Source: Octopus vulgaris (Eukaryota). Taken from it: a stretch of 64,000 nucleotides of DNA. Position 1 is the first letter of the stretch; every line of letters begins with the position of its first letter. The position numbers were made by a program, and so were the translations under genes. Under the pieces are notes generated by a model. It did not search any database and had not been told where the DNA came from. It worked only from the letters and a program-made list of their open reading frames with translations. The stretch is taken from assembly GCA_951406725.2 (NCBI GenBank), contig OX597815.1, positions 93,992,001 through 94,056,000 on the forward strand. The letters run 5' to 3'. Shown piece after piece: positions 1 to 13,083 of this stretch.

Positions 1-1532
1 TTTTCTAACAGTCTGTTACTGTTTCCCATTGAAAATCTTTCTTACCTATTTAGTTATTTATAGCTTTCAGTGTCACAAACACTCGAGGTTACTTATCAAA
101 TATAAAATTACCAACATTGCTAGACAGTCATCCCACCTTAGCCTCCTCATCTGCTAACCTGATCTAATTATCGTTTGATATGTACTAAAAAAAACTATGT
201 CCTCCACAGAATATTTATAGAAAGTAGTTCCATAGTGTTTTTCTTTTTATATATCCACCCAATGTGTTGCCACACTGTACACTTTTTATTAATGTGACAG
301 AGAGGTTGCTCTAATCAGCACATCACTGTTTGACTTTGGAAGACTATCATTGTTAGCTGGGTTCTAAAAGACTTGTTTCCCCATCACAAGGAGGCTAGTG
401 ACAACAGATGGAATTTGAACCCTGGATGCAAAGACCTGAAACAGATTAATGTCATCCTGTCCAATGCTCTAAAAGTTCTGCCAATACATCACCCTAGATT
501 AGAACCTCAAAAGGGCTTCTATCCAATGCTCTAATGTCAGCCAATTCCCATCCTCAGGACCACACAGTTTATACTTCAAAGTTTTAACTCTCAATATTCA
601 GTTAAATTAATTACTACATCATCATTACTGTAATTATTATCATTAACTGTTGTTTAAGACTGACACCATTTCTATTAATCAACTTTGGTGTTATGTTCTT
701 AAAATATATGGACATATATTCTTTTACTAGTTGCAGTCATAGGACTATGGCCATGCTTGGGATCTGTGTTTAAGGGTTTTTAGTCCGTTATAAGCCATCT
801 CAGTACTTATTTTATCTATCTGTTTATCAAATTGCTATTTACACTGATAAAACACACATACCTGCACACACATTATGAGTGAGATTTGCAAAGAAGGAAA
901 ATAGTTTTTATTCAATTCTCAATCAAGAAAAGTTTATATGCTAAACTATGACATATTGTTACAGTTTGATAAATACTTTCTTGTAATATACATTTCTGAA
1001 AATCAATAATAAAAAAAATCAGAGATATTTTCACAAGTACAGACTTGCAGGATCTTACATGGAATAATTACATAGCAGATAACCTGTAGATACTTCTTGT
1101 AAATTGTAAAACAATACAGAAGTGGGATAACTATGAATATTATAATTTTAGCTCGACTTATACTACTTAACACTTTATTGTATGAAGTTATTGTCCTCAT
1201 ACCTTTAGTAATGTGTATATCTATAACTGGTAGTGGTGGGAAGGTTATTGTTGTATGTGCATGAAAGCTGTATGTGGAAGTAGAAGGAAGAGCATTAGAA
1301 AAATACTTTAGAGAATGTTTTTCAGTATCAGATTGCAAAACTATGAGGAAGGGTGGAAGTAGGGGTGCTTCCCAAAGTATTTAAAAAAAAAAAAGAAGTC
1401 AACTTACAAATACTTTAGATTATTAAATATGGACTAGAAAATACTACTTTGGGAATTTGTACATATACTATTTATAACATAAAAATATACTATTACATCA
1501 GTATAGAACTGTTTATTTCAAAAGTATACTTG

Positions 1533-1534
<2 letters not shown>

Positions 1535-1573
<39 letters not shown>
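1535..1573. repeat. (TA)n microsatellite
   Basis: Pure TA run. Similar runs at 13048-13081, 15742-15786, 30646-30674, 42697-42741; (TG)n at 30199-30231; (AG)n at 33547-33590. Confidence 0.98.
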
Positions 1574-1576
<3 letters not shown>

Positions 1577-2239
1577 TGAAGAAACTATGCCAAAGGCAAC
1601 ACTAAAGTATGATGCAGTCCTTGTACCCGTTGGGTACTGTCAAACTGTCCAACCTATGCCAGCATGGAACATAGATGTTAAATTATGAAAGAAATTGTAA
1701 CAGAAGCATCAAATACTAAAGCTTCTACAAACAATGCATGTCTCTAGACACAGGACAAAAACTACTAAATTTCTCGTAAAGCAGATGATATTAAAATGTC
1801 TGAGAAATTTTTGATATTGGTTAAGTAGCTAACTTCAACAATCATTAAAAATGAGATACTAAGTGTAAAATTACATAACCATAAAAACATGTTCTTACAA
1901 ATGTATGCATAAAAAAAATCTAGGAATTGATATAGCCTACATTTTTTGTTGCTGTGTATGATGGGATTAGAATACAAGACTGTCATAGAATATATTTATA
2001 TGATAGCTATATCCTGCTACACCTTTGCGCTGACAGCAGAGAAGCTCAACCACTTCTATCCTATGGCAAATGTCTGGCTGAAAGTAGACTGTTTTACACG
2101 CGTCATTATTGTTTATATATTTTTTTTAATGTCTTTAACACACACTGTTTATATAAGGTTGTTTCACAATCATATATATCAGAACACTTTCAGTGTTATA
2201 CTATCAGATATAATAGCCATAGAGCAAAATATACACACT

Positions 2240-2970
2240 CAAGCTAACCAGGAAGCCATTACACTGTTGATCGACCTGTAAGAAACAGCAGCCAAATAAC
2301 CCTTGCATCCCACACTAATGTATTTAATAATGAAGATACATGTCTGAAAAAAATCATGGTCATATAAGGAAGTCATTTAATTATAGTGAACTGTATCAAG
2401 GCTGAAATGAAATTAAGCAAGTCATGATGAGGTCTCTATAAGAGTGATTGACCTACTAGGAATAACAGCTAAATTTACTTCAAACCACACCATATAGTCC
2501 TAAAGCATGAGCATAATCGCTAGTATTAGATATATTTATCCTTGAAAATAGACAGGGTGGTCACTTCAGGAACACCTTTACTCATAAGTGCTCTAACTGG
2601 CTGAGGTTAAACAATAACAACTATAGCACAATGAAGGATTATCTAAAAGAAGCAGCCAAATTTCCTCCAAAAATACCTAATCAGTTTTAATTTACAAAAA
2701 AAGTTATGGTAATGACTGGAATACCTTTTACCAGATCTAGTGCCAAATAACTATAGCCTTTTCATGCCAATAAGGGAACCCCTAGATTGTCAGTCACACT
2801 GTTCAAAATAGTAGCTAAATTGCCTTCAAACCTCATCCTGCTATCTTAAAGGAACAACCTACTAGTTAGAGTACTAGAAAAAATGTCTGAATAAAAAGTA
2901 GGATGATTACAGATGGAACAACTTTGGTTGTAAATCAACTAGATCAGGGTTGACTTAGGGTTAAACAACA
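2240..2970 (+). mobile_element. Three consecutive degenerate copies of an abundant SINE-like repeat
   Basis: Recurrent consensus GACCTRCTAGAAATAGCAGCCAAAT...GGATGGTCA..GCTGGAA..CCTTTGATCATAGGTCTG..GATCAGGGCTGACCTGGGRYTAAACAACAA. Also seen near 6030, 7370, 8080, 10840, 16900, 30740, 37110, 40050, 56380 (+) and 13360, 14900, 24520, 41570, 63300 (-). Boundaries approximate. Confidence 0.75.
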
Positions 2971-3359
2971 TATATTACACCCATTGCCATAAGTATGAGA
3001 CTAAACATTCAGCTATTAAATACTAATAACTACTTTCATAGGATAAAGAATACTGATCTATTACCCCCCTCTTTAGTTTCTTCTTAACTCTTATATCAAC
3101 TATCTTCATCACATGATGACCTGATAAACTTGTATTTGGTTGCTACTTCCAGTAGCTGTTAGAGGCTTCTATTTCCTTGTTAGGTTATCTTCAAAAGAGA
3201 ACTAGATAGAGATATATAGATAGAGTGAGTGAGAGAGAGACTGACTCTACTGAATATTTTTTTATGCATTTGATTGAAAACAGATTTTAAAATTTTGTAA
3301 TGAATCTAATAATTTTACTTATAATAAGCAGATTTGAAAACAAGTCTATTAATTTGTAG

Positions 3360-3455
3360 TGACGTCATTTTCCAGTGTGCAGGGCTGGAACCTTCTGGAA
3401 AGGCCTAAGGAAGTTCCCTCATGCACATGCGCTAGAGACTGGGGAAGAAAATTCT
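3360..3455. promoter_or_regulatory. Candidate stress-responsive regulatory cluster (CRE, heat-shock element, kB-like site)
   Basis: TGACGTCA at 3360-3367; gGAAc-cTTCt-gGAAa at 3387-3401; GGAAGTTCCC at 3409-3418; aGAAa-aTTCt at 3446-3455. Locally GC/CpG-richer and not recognisably repetitive. Confidence 0.45.
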
Positions 3456-4425
3456 ATCGCATTCCTTGTTAGCGTCGTGGACTTGAGACACAGCTATTGA
3501 AGAGAAAGGATATGTTAAACATGTGATTAGCCTATTCTCCTGTCCCAGACGCTTGGGATTTGACCTGCTCTGTTGCTGCTAAATTTGTTGTGAGGTTTAT
3601 CTTACAAGTGTTAAAATTCAGCCTTGCTATATTGAACCAAGTGGATACTAATATACCAACAGGCTTCTTTTGTAAATAAGAAAATAAAGAGTCATATTTT
3701 TAAGGTTGCGTTCTTGTTCCTGACTGGTAGTTTCTAGAAACAAAAGAATGGAAAATGTGTTGCACCCAAACAGTGTAAAGACACAACCAGTTCCTTTACA
3801 AATTTGTCAAACCTTTCTTTACAGTACAAGTTTAATTTTAGATATTAGCTATAGTTATCCTTTTGTGATATTTCTAATGATACATTCATTGTACAATCTT
3901 TGTGATTAAATTCATTTTGAAAATAATGAAGAATTTGAAAGAATTTAGTAAACTTTTTCATCAATAAGACATTGTTTGGAACACAACTAAAAAAATTCTC
4001 AAAATTATAATGGAATATATGAATATATTTTAAAATCTGTCTCACACAATGTAACAATAAATAAAACAAATGGTCCACTGTCAACTTACAGTGTAGATGT
4101 AGATTATGGTTTAATTTACAAGTATTAAGAAAATCAAGGGTAATCAGTCAAAAATGATGGAGTGGAGGAATATGTTCTAAACAATATTCCTCTTATAGTC
4201 AACATTCAGATACTAATATGGTAGGAAAGTTGAGGTGGTAAGTAATGATTTTTAAGAAAAGTTTAATTTATTAAAAAAAAAAAACTACTGTATGTTCACC
4301 ATAAACAAGTGTTCAATGTTTTATACAGTATTCTTCAGGTAAAATTAATTATTTATAAGTTAGACTCAGAATTGAAACTGAAATCTCTTATGAAGCTGCT
4401 GGATCTATTGTTCATTTTAAGGTAT

Positions 4426-4652
4426 TGAACCCTTTAGCATTCAGATTACTCTGTGAAATGTAATGCTTTTCTGTTCACAGTATATTGAGTTAATCATGCA
4501 TTATCTTGCAGCTTTGAGATTTTGATGATGTGATTGTATATTTTAACAATGACATTGTTGTGTTAATATGAGAAGCTGGATCCAGCTGGTTTGAATGCAC
4601 GCCAGGTAAAATATTTGTGTTGAGTATGGTTGGTTTAAATGCTAAAGGCTAA
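4426..4652 (+). mobile_element. piggyBac-like MITE family A, copy 1
   Basis: Family termini are (TTAA)CCCTTTAGCATT...AATGCTAAAGGG(TTAA); this copy has slightly degraded ends. The internal sequence is shared with six other copies in the window. Confidence 0.8.
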
Positions 4653-7600
4653 GGAGCTACAAGGTTCAATTGCTAACCTAGCTCATAATATATCACACAA
4701 TGACAAGATAATGAAGACCAAAATGTTTTAACATTTATGACAAACATTTTTTAATGTTATAAACAAACAGCAGTAAAAAAACAAAGTTTTAAACAATAAT
4801 AATTTATCCAATTCATTACAATAAAATAAAAAGTAGAGAAATAATCATTTGTTTTTTTCCATTTAATATAATATAAAATACATTTGTTGTTTGATCCATT
4901 ACCAAATATAAAAATTTTGCAGCTTCAGCCATTTGAAATGATGAAAGATCATTTAAGAATAAATAATAAACAACAAATTAGCAAATATTGAGATAATGTC
5001 AACATAACTTCTTAAAAAAGTTATCTTGAAACTAATCTTGACTGAGTTTTCTCATATTCACATAAAATTTAGTAACCTGTTTATCTTATCCAATTATCAC
5101 TATTAAAAAAACACTAAGTTGAAGAATATGATGTATTTAACATATGCCACGCCAACATATACTTATCTTATTTCAACATTTCATTCATAATAATAAATCA
5201 GGTTTTCATATCCATTTTCCTGGGGAATTTACCAAATTTAGCTGCCTAACATTAATGATTAAAATGCAGTACAGGAACAGTGCCAAAATATTCTGAGACA
5301 AGTTTTTGAATGAAATTGAGAATAATTATAGTAGCCATTCAGAGGTATAAGCTTTCATTTGTAATTATAGTAACTTATCTTTAGGTCTTGCAGTTACAGA
5401 TATGCTGGTATACAGGTATTCTTGTGTATTTCAACTCTAAAGATTAGATTTCTAGCAAATTATGGACCACATATTTGCTTTAATTAAAAGATCAAAGGGT
5501 TTAGTCAACAGACATTAACTTATTAATGAATATTTTTGAAGAAACTGAAAATACAATTGAATGTTTCATCATCATTTTACATCCATTTAAGCTGGCAGAA
5601 TTTGGACTGATTATTATAGCTCAAGTTACTTCTTATTAGGAGTTACTAACCTCCTAGATGGCTTACAGGACCATGTTTCACTTGTAAATTTCATTTTAGG
5701 GTTGGTTTGGGGCTGCCCATCCTATCATCAACCACTTTACAGGGTGTAGTGGGTGCATTTTATCATGGCACTAGCACTAGAGCAGTTGCCATGTCTTCAA
5801 CAAGACTACAGGGTCTTCTTGACCTCGTGGTGTCCCTTCATTGACTAATCAGTTTATACAGTTAAGAAAAATCCACCAGGAGATTCCAGAGATTCAGTCT
5901 ACTTATTGAAATATTGTTTTATTATTCATGAAATCATAAAACTTTTCTGGAGATTTTAATTTGGACATGAATACATCAACTATTTTAGATAACAGCCCTA
6001 TGGGGTTATCTTGACTAAAAGCTAAAACTCACTCTACTAGAAATAACAACCAAATCTTCTTCAAACCACACTACCTTTTAAAAAAAGACATGTTGGATAA
6101 TATAGTCAGAGTATACAACTCTTTTAGGGGTAAAAAGGTAACAGACATTGTTAGATTGCCTTTGATTTGGTTAATTGATTTATTGGATCAAGGTTTACTT
6201 GTGCGAAAATAAAATACACTGTGAATAATAAAGTGCACGAGAAATTAAAGTGGAAGAGGAGCAGGGTTTAAAATGGTTTCTTTTACTGAAGAAAGTGACC
6301 AATCAGAAGTTTGTGCACATTGTTAACTGTTTTTGAGTATTTGAAAAACTCAGTGAGAATGCCTATGAACTTCACACTCCCAAATTACTCTCATCAATAT
6401 TAGGAAGAGAAAAAAAATGTAAATAGGAGACAGTTTCAGATGGAAGCTGATCTTGAAGATTCAAAATCCCTGACCATAGTTTTATTTTGTATTTGTTTTT
6501 AACAATCAACTGGATACATAATGTCAATGCTTGATATACAGTCTATGTATTTACATATTGTTAATATACTAACACACCCATTTACACATAACAGTGAATT
6601 GGTGGTTATTAGGTTTTTGACACTGATTTTTACAGCAATGTTGGCATCTTGTGTTGCACTCAATTATAAAATTTTGGATTTGCTATTTATTGGCTTTTGC
6701 TTGCTGGCCACATATTATTGTTATTTATTCTATTAATAATAACTAATAATAATATCTATATAAATACCTTTTGAATATTTATTCATTTATGAAATATATA
6801 GATATATGCATGTAACTGAAACACTATAAGCTTTTTCTCTTGCAAATTATCTTTCTCCCTATGTTACAAATACAGTAAATCACATCTTGCACAACCCACC
6901 TTTCTCATTCATTCATTTAACATCCACTATGCTAGCATGGCCAGGACAGGGAGTGATATGAAGTAAAATTTTATGGCCAGATGCTCTTCCTATCGCTAAC
7001 CCTCACCTTTTTTCCATGTTAGGGATTTTTATATTTCACAGATCCTTGAAGGATTAATGTAACCAGTCATTATGCCAAACATCAAGTGAAATATCAACAT
7101 TCGTGCACATTCCCATGAATATGTATGCACCACAGGCCATGTCTGCGAAACTGAAGTAATGAAAAATAATTCATATATTCTCATACTCTAAACACATTTC
7201 TGGAGGAATAAAATATGAATAGTTTAAGAGAAAGTTGTTTTCTGGTAGGCAAGAATATTGACAGTATTGGCTGCCTACTGTGTCACTACCAAACAATATT
7301 CTCCCCACTCCAAATGATATCAATGGATATCACCTGGTTTTAGTGGTCTGCAAAGAAGTTTGAGTGGTCACTTGACTTGCTGGAAATAGTAAATGAATTT
7401 CCTTATCTTAAAAGATGTAGTGAACAATATAGTTTTTGATATACAAAAAGATGGACTTGTCCTAAGTGGAATGCTTTATATCATAGGTCTGATCTGAGGC
7501 TAAGCCAATAAAGAAAAGTCCCAATGCATTTACTTGACCTACAAGAAATAGCAACCAATTTTTCCTCCAATTAAAGAATGGCCGCAAGACTACACAATTC

Positions 7601-8560
7601 TAAAGATATTTTTAAAAAAATAAACAAAAACTACTAAGTGAGAGAGATAGAGTGCGTGTGTGTTGCATAAATTAGGAAAAGCTGCCCAGATAGTAGTATT
7701 TCTCACATGCAAAATAGGTATTGTATGACTTTTACAATTAGTGTATGTTTTATTGCAGAGATTTTCTGCAACCACTTAAGATATTAAATCCATTCATAGA
7801 CACATACATTTATTAAATTGTGTGTATGAACGAGTGCATACAATGTATGTGAATAAGTGCATTATGTATTTTATATCAATAAATGCAAATTCCTGATGGC
7901 TTGTGAATGTCTTTCTTTCATTAACACATGCTTAGAGATTTTTCAAGTATTTCAAAACACAAAGAATGTTACCATTGTCATAGATGTTGAATATTTTGTT
8001 TTGAGGAGGTGTGAGAATACTAGTTTTTTTTCTCTCTCTTTAATACAACTGTATCTGCACAATGGATACAAAACCTCTTTGTAGTCACTCAAAAAGAAGA
8101 ACTTGAAATTACGCCCAAACATTTGCAAAAAAGGATGGGCATATTAGATAAAATAGTTCTAGTATACACAAAGTCTGGATAAAAGATGGGATGGTCACAA
8201 TTGGAATCCCTGATAAATTTGCTGAATCAGAGCTGATCTGGGATTAAACAATAAAAGTTGCACATGTATCAGCATGTCATTGCTTTCCAAGCAGATAATA
8301 TTCTTCAGCTATTTCCTTCAGACTAATATACCAATATATGTACAGTGCCTGTATATGAATATAGTGTCTTTTTATCAATCTTACAGATACATGACTATAA
8401 ATTCAACTTACGATGAAAGTAATCAAACAAAGTTTGCTTTAGAAGCATTGAAATATAGAGAAATAATTTATTATGTATTACTGTATTAGCATTATGATAA
8501 TGCTAATACAATAGCATGAACAGGATAAACTATCCATATATTGCAGAAAAATTCGTTACC

Positions 8561-8633
8561 TGCTAGCGATGAGACTTCAACTCACATCCCTGTGATTACG
8601 TGTCAAGTGCTTTACCTTTAAGCTAAACTGCCC
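8561..8633 (-). pseudogene. tRNA-derived (pseudo-tRNA) element, loop CACGTAA (Thr-CGT-like)
   Basis: A-box TAGCTTAAAGG, D-stem GCTT/AAGC, T-arm GTGAG-TTGAAGT-CTCAT with a degenerate B box. Acceptor stem imperfect. Confidence 0.6.
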
Positions 8634-8900
8634 AGTAACGAATTCTTCTGTAATTTTAGAATTTATAAATCTAGCTTTATAAGTCACTAATGTTAAATTC
8701 AACTTACGATGAAAGTAAACTAACAAAATTTGCTTTAGAAGCATTGAGATGTATTGAAAGATACAGAAATAATTTATTCTAAAACGTATGATGATGCTAA
8801 TACAATAGCTTCTAAAGCAAACTTTGCTTACTTTCATCGACTGTTAGCATCTTATAAAGCTAGATTTATAAATCCTCAAATTGTAGGAGAATTTGTTACT

Positions 8901-8974
8901 GGGCAGTTTAGCTTAAAGGTAAAGCACTTGATGTATAATCACAGGGGTGCGAGTTCGAGTCTCATTGCCGGCCA
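8901..8974 (+). pseudogene. tRNA-derived (pseudo-tRNA) element with intact Pol III A/B boxes
   Basis: A-box TAGCTTAAAGG, B-box GAGTTCGAGTC, T5 run at 8983-8987. Acceptor and anticodon stems are imperfect, so it is not a canonical tRNA. Confidence 0.65.
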
Positions 8975-11944
8975 GTAACAAATTTTTCTGCAGTTCATGC
9001 TATTGTATTAGCATTATCATGTGTTTGAGAATAAATCATTTCTGTATGAATGACTATGCTTCACGTCAATTTATTCTTCCCTTCACTGCAGTGCATATTT
9101 CATATTTTTATTAACTGAGATTAGTGGATCAACCTATTAAAAAATCTTCTCAATTGTTACTCTTGTTTTTTGGTTAAGCTTTGTTCAACAATAGTTAGAT
9201 CTCCTTTGTACAGCTGCAAGTCTTGATTACTTAAAACTGAAAGCAAAGTTACTGTTTGCCATGTTCAGTGTATTAAACTGACAAGTACTCCTCTAAAAAG
9301 ATTACTGAAAATTTTCCCCACTCCACCCTCTTTTAATGAGAAAACAAAATGGAGTTGGACAAAAAGTTTAAAACCATGTTCATTTTATGTAACATAGCAA
9401 TTTGTTTGCCCCTTCTTTACCAATCTTTACAGCTCTCCTTCCTTATGAGAAATACTGTATTTAATATCTGCATGATGCAGTGACATTTCAGGTAAACTGA
9501 AAGGATAGAATGTCAGAACAGTCTATGTAAGCTATGTAAAGGCAATCTCCTGGCAGTCTACATATCTATTTCAATTTCTGTTGATAATAATTTAACTCTT
9601 AGGAGGTACTGATTCTCAAGAAACTCTACCCCACATATGTTATACAATCTCGTTTCCTTTAGGAAATCTAAGGCCTTATACACATGTAACAACTCACTTT
9701 AATGACATATCAATTACTGGTAAAGAATAAGTTAGTAGCATGTCATGTAATAACACTTGGGGGGGGGGGGTTCCTGCTGATTCATATAAATCTGTTTTCA
9801 TGAGTCAAATGGCTTACTTGTTGGAACAATTATTATTTAGTCCCATGCCAACCTTGATCAATTAAAGTAATTTCATTCATATAGGACTTCATTAGCCATT
9901 CAATATATTCAATTTTTTTTTAAAGATGGTAAGGTATCATCTGAAACAGGATTGATTTCAAGTGACTAGAGAGAGGTTCCTTCATTAGCAACTGTGGAGC
10001 AATTATTTTTTATTTTGATGTTCCCTACTTACTTATTCTACAGTGAAATCTGATTTTGTTTGACCAACTGGTGAAAGCTAAGTTATATCATGTACAGGAA
10101 TACATCAGAAAGACAGTAGGGTATCAACTTAAGATTATGTGCTTAGTAGTCTAGTAGCTTCTCAGCTATAAGTGCTTGCCAATATTTAGAGAGTATTTTG
10201 TTTGTTGATCAGAAATGAATTCTCCTTTGTAAGAAAACATTAGCTGTTAAATAGATGTAAAATAGAAAAGCATAAGTAACAGAATAAAGCAGATGTCAGA
10301 AGGACTCTAAGAATTATAGCAGTGAATGATGCAGTATGAATGAAACTGGGAAGAGCTGAGGTGGAAGCCGAAAGAGTTGGTGGCTGGGAATGTAAACATT
10401 TTCTTCAAGATATATGGCTTAGACAGTAAAGATACATCATAATGAGTAATAAATTGTTGTGAAGCAGAATACATAGTTAGTAGAATGTAAATAAAAAAAA
10501 CCTAAATCTCAATGGTTGATACATTAGCTAACCTGTTTACATAGAAAGTGATGATGAAGAAATAACAAGATAAACTAAAATGAATCATCATCATTGACAT
10601 CGTCACTGGTGTTCAGATGTGATAGAAAGAATATTAGTTTGGGCAAGGGATTCAAGAAAAGTCTCTATAATATCAAACATATCTTATATTAGGTTATATA
10701 CAGATAAACAGCAGATTACTCTTCTAGATGGAAATAATACCAATTTTAAATCATCAAAAGTTAACAAGGGAGATTCAGTACAAAATACACAAACTAATTC
10801 TTACTTTAATTCCTTATGTCTTAGTACTTTACAAAAAGTAAGAATACATAAGATAATGTAGTCCTAGATACAATACATCTGAATAAAAGAGGCAAGAGTC
10901 ATGAGATGAAGCAACTTTGATCATATATCTGTTGGATCTTAGGGTTGCCCTGAGGCTGAACACCATGAACATTACTATACCAACCAGTTCTACATTCAGA
11001 TTTCAGGTTTTGTATTTTTTATATATTTTCAAACTGAATATTAACTTCAATCCAAAAGAAACCAACAAGAAAGTCTATCTGCAAAAACCTCGCCTTATTT
11101 CCCTATAACAACCTCCAGTTTTATTTTTAATTACATCAAACAAAACAGAACCTCATGTCTCTAATCACACAAAGGAAGTTCATATCGTATGAGACATTAT
11201 TCCTAGCTTCATAGCAATACAACCGTCCTTATATATAATTTCTCAAATGGAATAATTGGCACTTAGAGAAGGAATCCGGTTATAAAAGTTATTGCTACAA
11301 TTCCACTCAGTAAGATATAAAAATAAAACAGCCACACCCAACAATAAATAAGTGATACAATATCAATGTAGAAAGTGTTTGAAAGTGATGTATATTGTGA
11401 GCGATAGACCCATGTAACCAACATCAACTATCAAATGTTTACTTAAAACGAGAAGATAAGGATAGGAAAGCAGTTTTAAACCTAAGAGAATTGTAAAGTC
11501 AAAAGGGTGGACGTTTTGAATGTGGGTTTTTTAAATTACACCCTTTCCTATCTTGAGGTGTTTTTATAAACTGAAATAGAAAATAAGGGAGATGGAACAA
11601 ATATCCAACATCAACATAACATTAGCATGCTATAACTGAAACTGGCTTACAAAAGAAAAAAAAAAAAAAAAGCAGTATGATAACAGATGTGGTGGGTGGC
11701 AATGTAAACTAAAGACATGTCATAATTAGGACAATAAAATAGTTTCTTTAAGATAGGACTTAGATAACAGACATTTCAGGGAATAATAATTCAATTATAT
11801 AATTCTGGTAGAATTTTAAAAATTTTGATTGATGTTTCAGTTTTAACTGTGTGTGCATGCATACACACACAAGTGAATGGACAAATAAGAGTAGAACTCA
11901 TATTTACTAGGAGTTACATATACTATATGTTGTTATAATAATAA

Positions 11945-12088
11945 TAATCATTTCTACTAAAGGCACAAAGCCTAACATTTGTATGGAGGGGACTAGTCAG
12001 TTACATCAATCCCCAGCATTTCACTGATAATTTACTGACTCCAAAAAGATGAAAGGCAAAGTCGACCTCAGAACTCTGAGAGTGTAGT
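11945..12088 (-). mobile_element. tRNA-derived SINE (Nin/Deu-like central domain), 5' part missing, abutting the RTE LINE
   Basis: Reverse complement of the family exemplified at 61035-61250 (GATGAAAGGCAAAGTCGACCTC). Confidence 0.7.
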
Positions 12089-12089
12089 G

Positions 12090-13045
12090 GGTCCTTTTTA
12101 TGTGCCACTGGCACAGGAGCCAGTCATGCGGGCCTGGTATCGATCATGTTCGGATAGTGCTTTTTATGTGCCACCGGCATGGGAGCCAGTCAAGAGACAC
12201 TGGCATTGACCACATTCAGATGATGCATTTTACATGATACCGGAACAGGAGCCAGTCAGAGGGCACTGGCTACAGCTACAATTTTGGTTTTACTTGACTC
12301 AACAGGTCTTCTCAAGCACATTATATTGCCTGACGCATCAGGGGCACTCTTAAATGGGCCGGACATGCAAAACTGGCATTGGCCATAGCTGCGATCTCAC
12401 TTTAGTTGCTGAGTCTTCTCAATCACAGAATATCTCCAAAGGTCATGCTTCACCACCCCATCCCATGTCTTTCTGGGTCTACCTCTTCTACAGGTTCCTT
12501 TCAGTTAGGGAGTGGCACTTCCTCACGCATCTGTCCTCATCCATACATAACACATGACCATGCCAACGCAGTCGTCTCTCTTGCACACCAAATTTGATGC
12601 TTCTTATGCCCAACTTTTCTCTCAGGTCGTTTACACTGTCGCATATGCACATTGACATTACACATCCAGTAGATCATACTAGCTTCATTTCTTTCAAGCC
12701 TACACATGTCCTCAGCAGTCACAAACCAGTTTCACTGTCGTGTAGCATGGCAGTTTGCACACATGCATCATACAGTCTACCTTTCATCTTGAGCAAGAGG
12801 CCCTTAGTTGAGAGCAGAGGTAGGAACTCCCTGAACTTTGCCCAGGCTATTCTTATTCTGGCTGCTACACTCTCAGAGCAAGCACCCCCACTACAGACTT
12901 GGTTGCCTAGGTAGTGGAAGCTATTAACTACTTCTAGTTTTTCACCACTAGCATGTGATGGAATCTGTTTTCTGTACATCCTCAGTGTTTATAGCCCCTG
13001 TGCATCTGCCACACACCAAAACTATCTTCCTGGTTAACCTTCCTT

Positions 13046-13047
<2 letters not shown>
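12090..13047 (-). mobile_element. 5'-truncated RTE-clade LINE (ORF C-terminus and 3' region with short tandem repeats)
   Basis: Frameshifted ORFs LEVVNSFHYLG..ARIRIAWAKFRE..KGRLYDACVQTAMLHDSET and RLERNEASMIYWMCNV are typical RTE post-RT motifs. Three ~62-65-bp repeats (TTTTATGTGCCACYGGCA..GGAGCCAGTCA) at 12095-12270. Confidence 0.9.

Positions 13048-13083
<36 letters not shown>

Larger units (their letters stand above)
8399..9047. repeat. Tandem plus inverted array of ~296-bp units containing a tRNA-like cassette
   Basis: AAATTCAACTTACGATGAAAGTAA starts at 8399 and again at 8695. 8809-9047 is a reverse-complement copy of the unit. Confidence 0.9.

Noticed and set aside
1003-2281. 111-aa and neighbouring ORFs
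   Set aside because: Low-complexity I/Y/F-rich translations typical of AT-rich non-coding DNA; no splice or domain support.
2270-2325. Minus-strand LVWDARV as a candidate for the next WDR77 exon
   Set aside because: Lies within a SINE-like repeat copy and lacks suitable splice sites.
3520-3570. Minus-strand VWDRRIG as a candidate for the next WDR77 exon (WD motif)
   Set aside because: In-frame stop right after it, no polypyrimidine acceptor, and no donor at the expected distance.
8561-8974. Functional tRNA genes
   Set aside because: Acceptor and anticodon stems are broken and the two loops differ; kept only as tRNA-derived elements.
12095-12270. Repeat-spacer pattern superficially like a CRISPR array
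   Set aside because: Degenerate tandem repeats in the 3' region of an RTE LINE in animal DNA; no cas genes.
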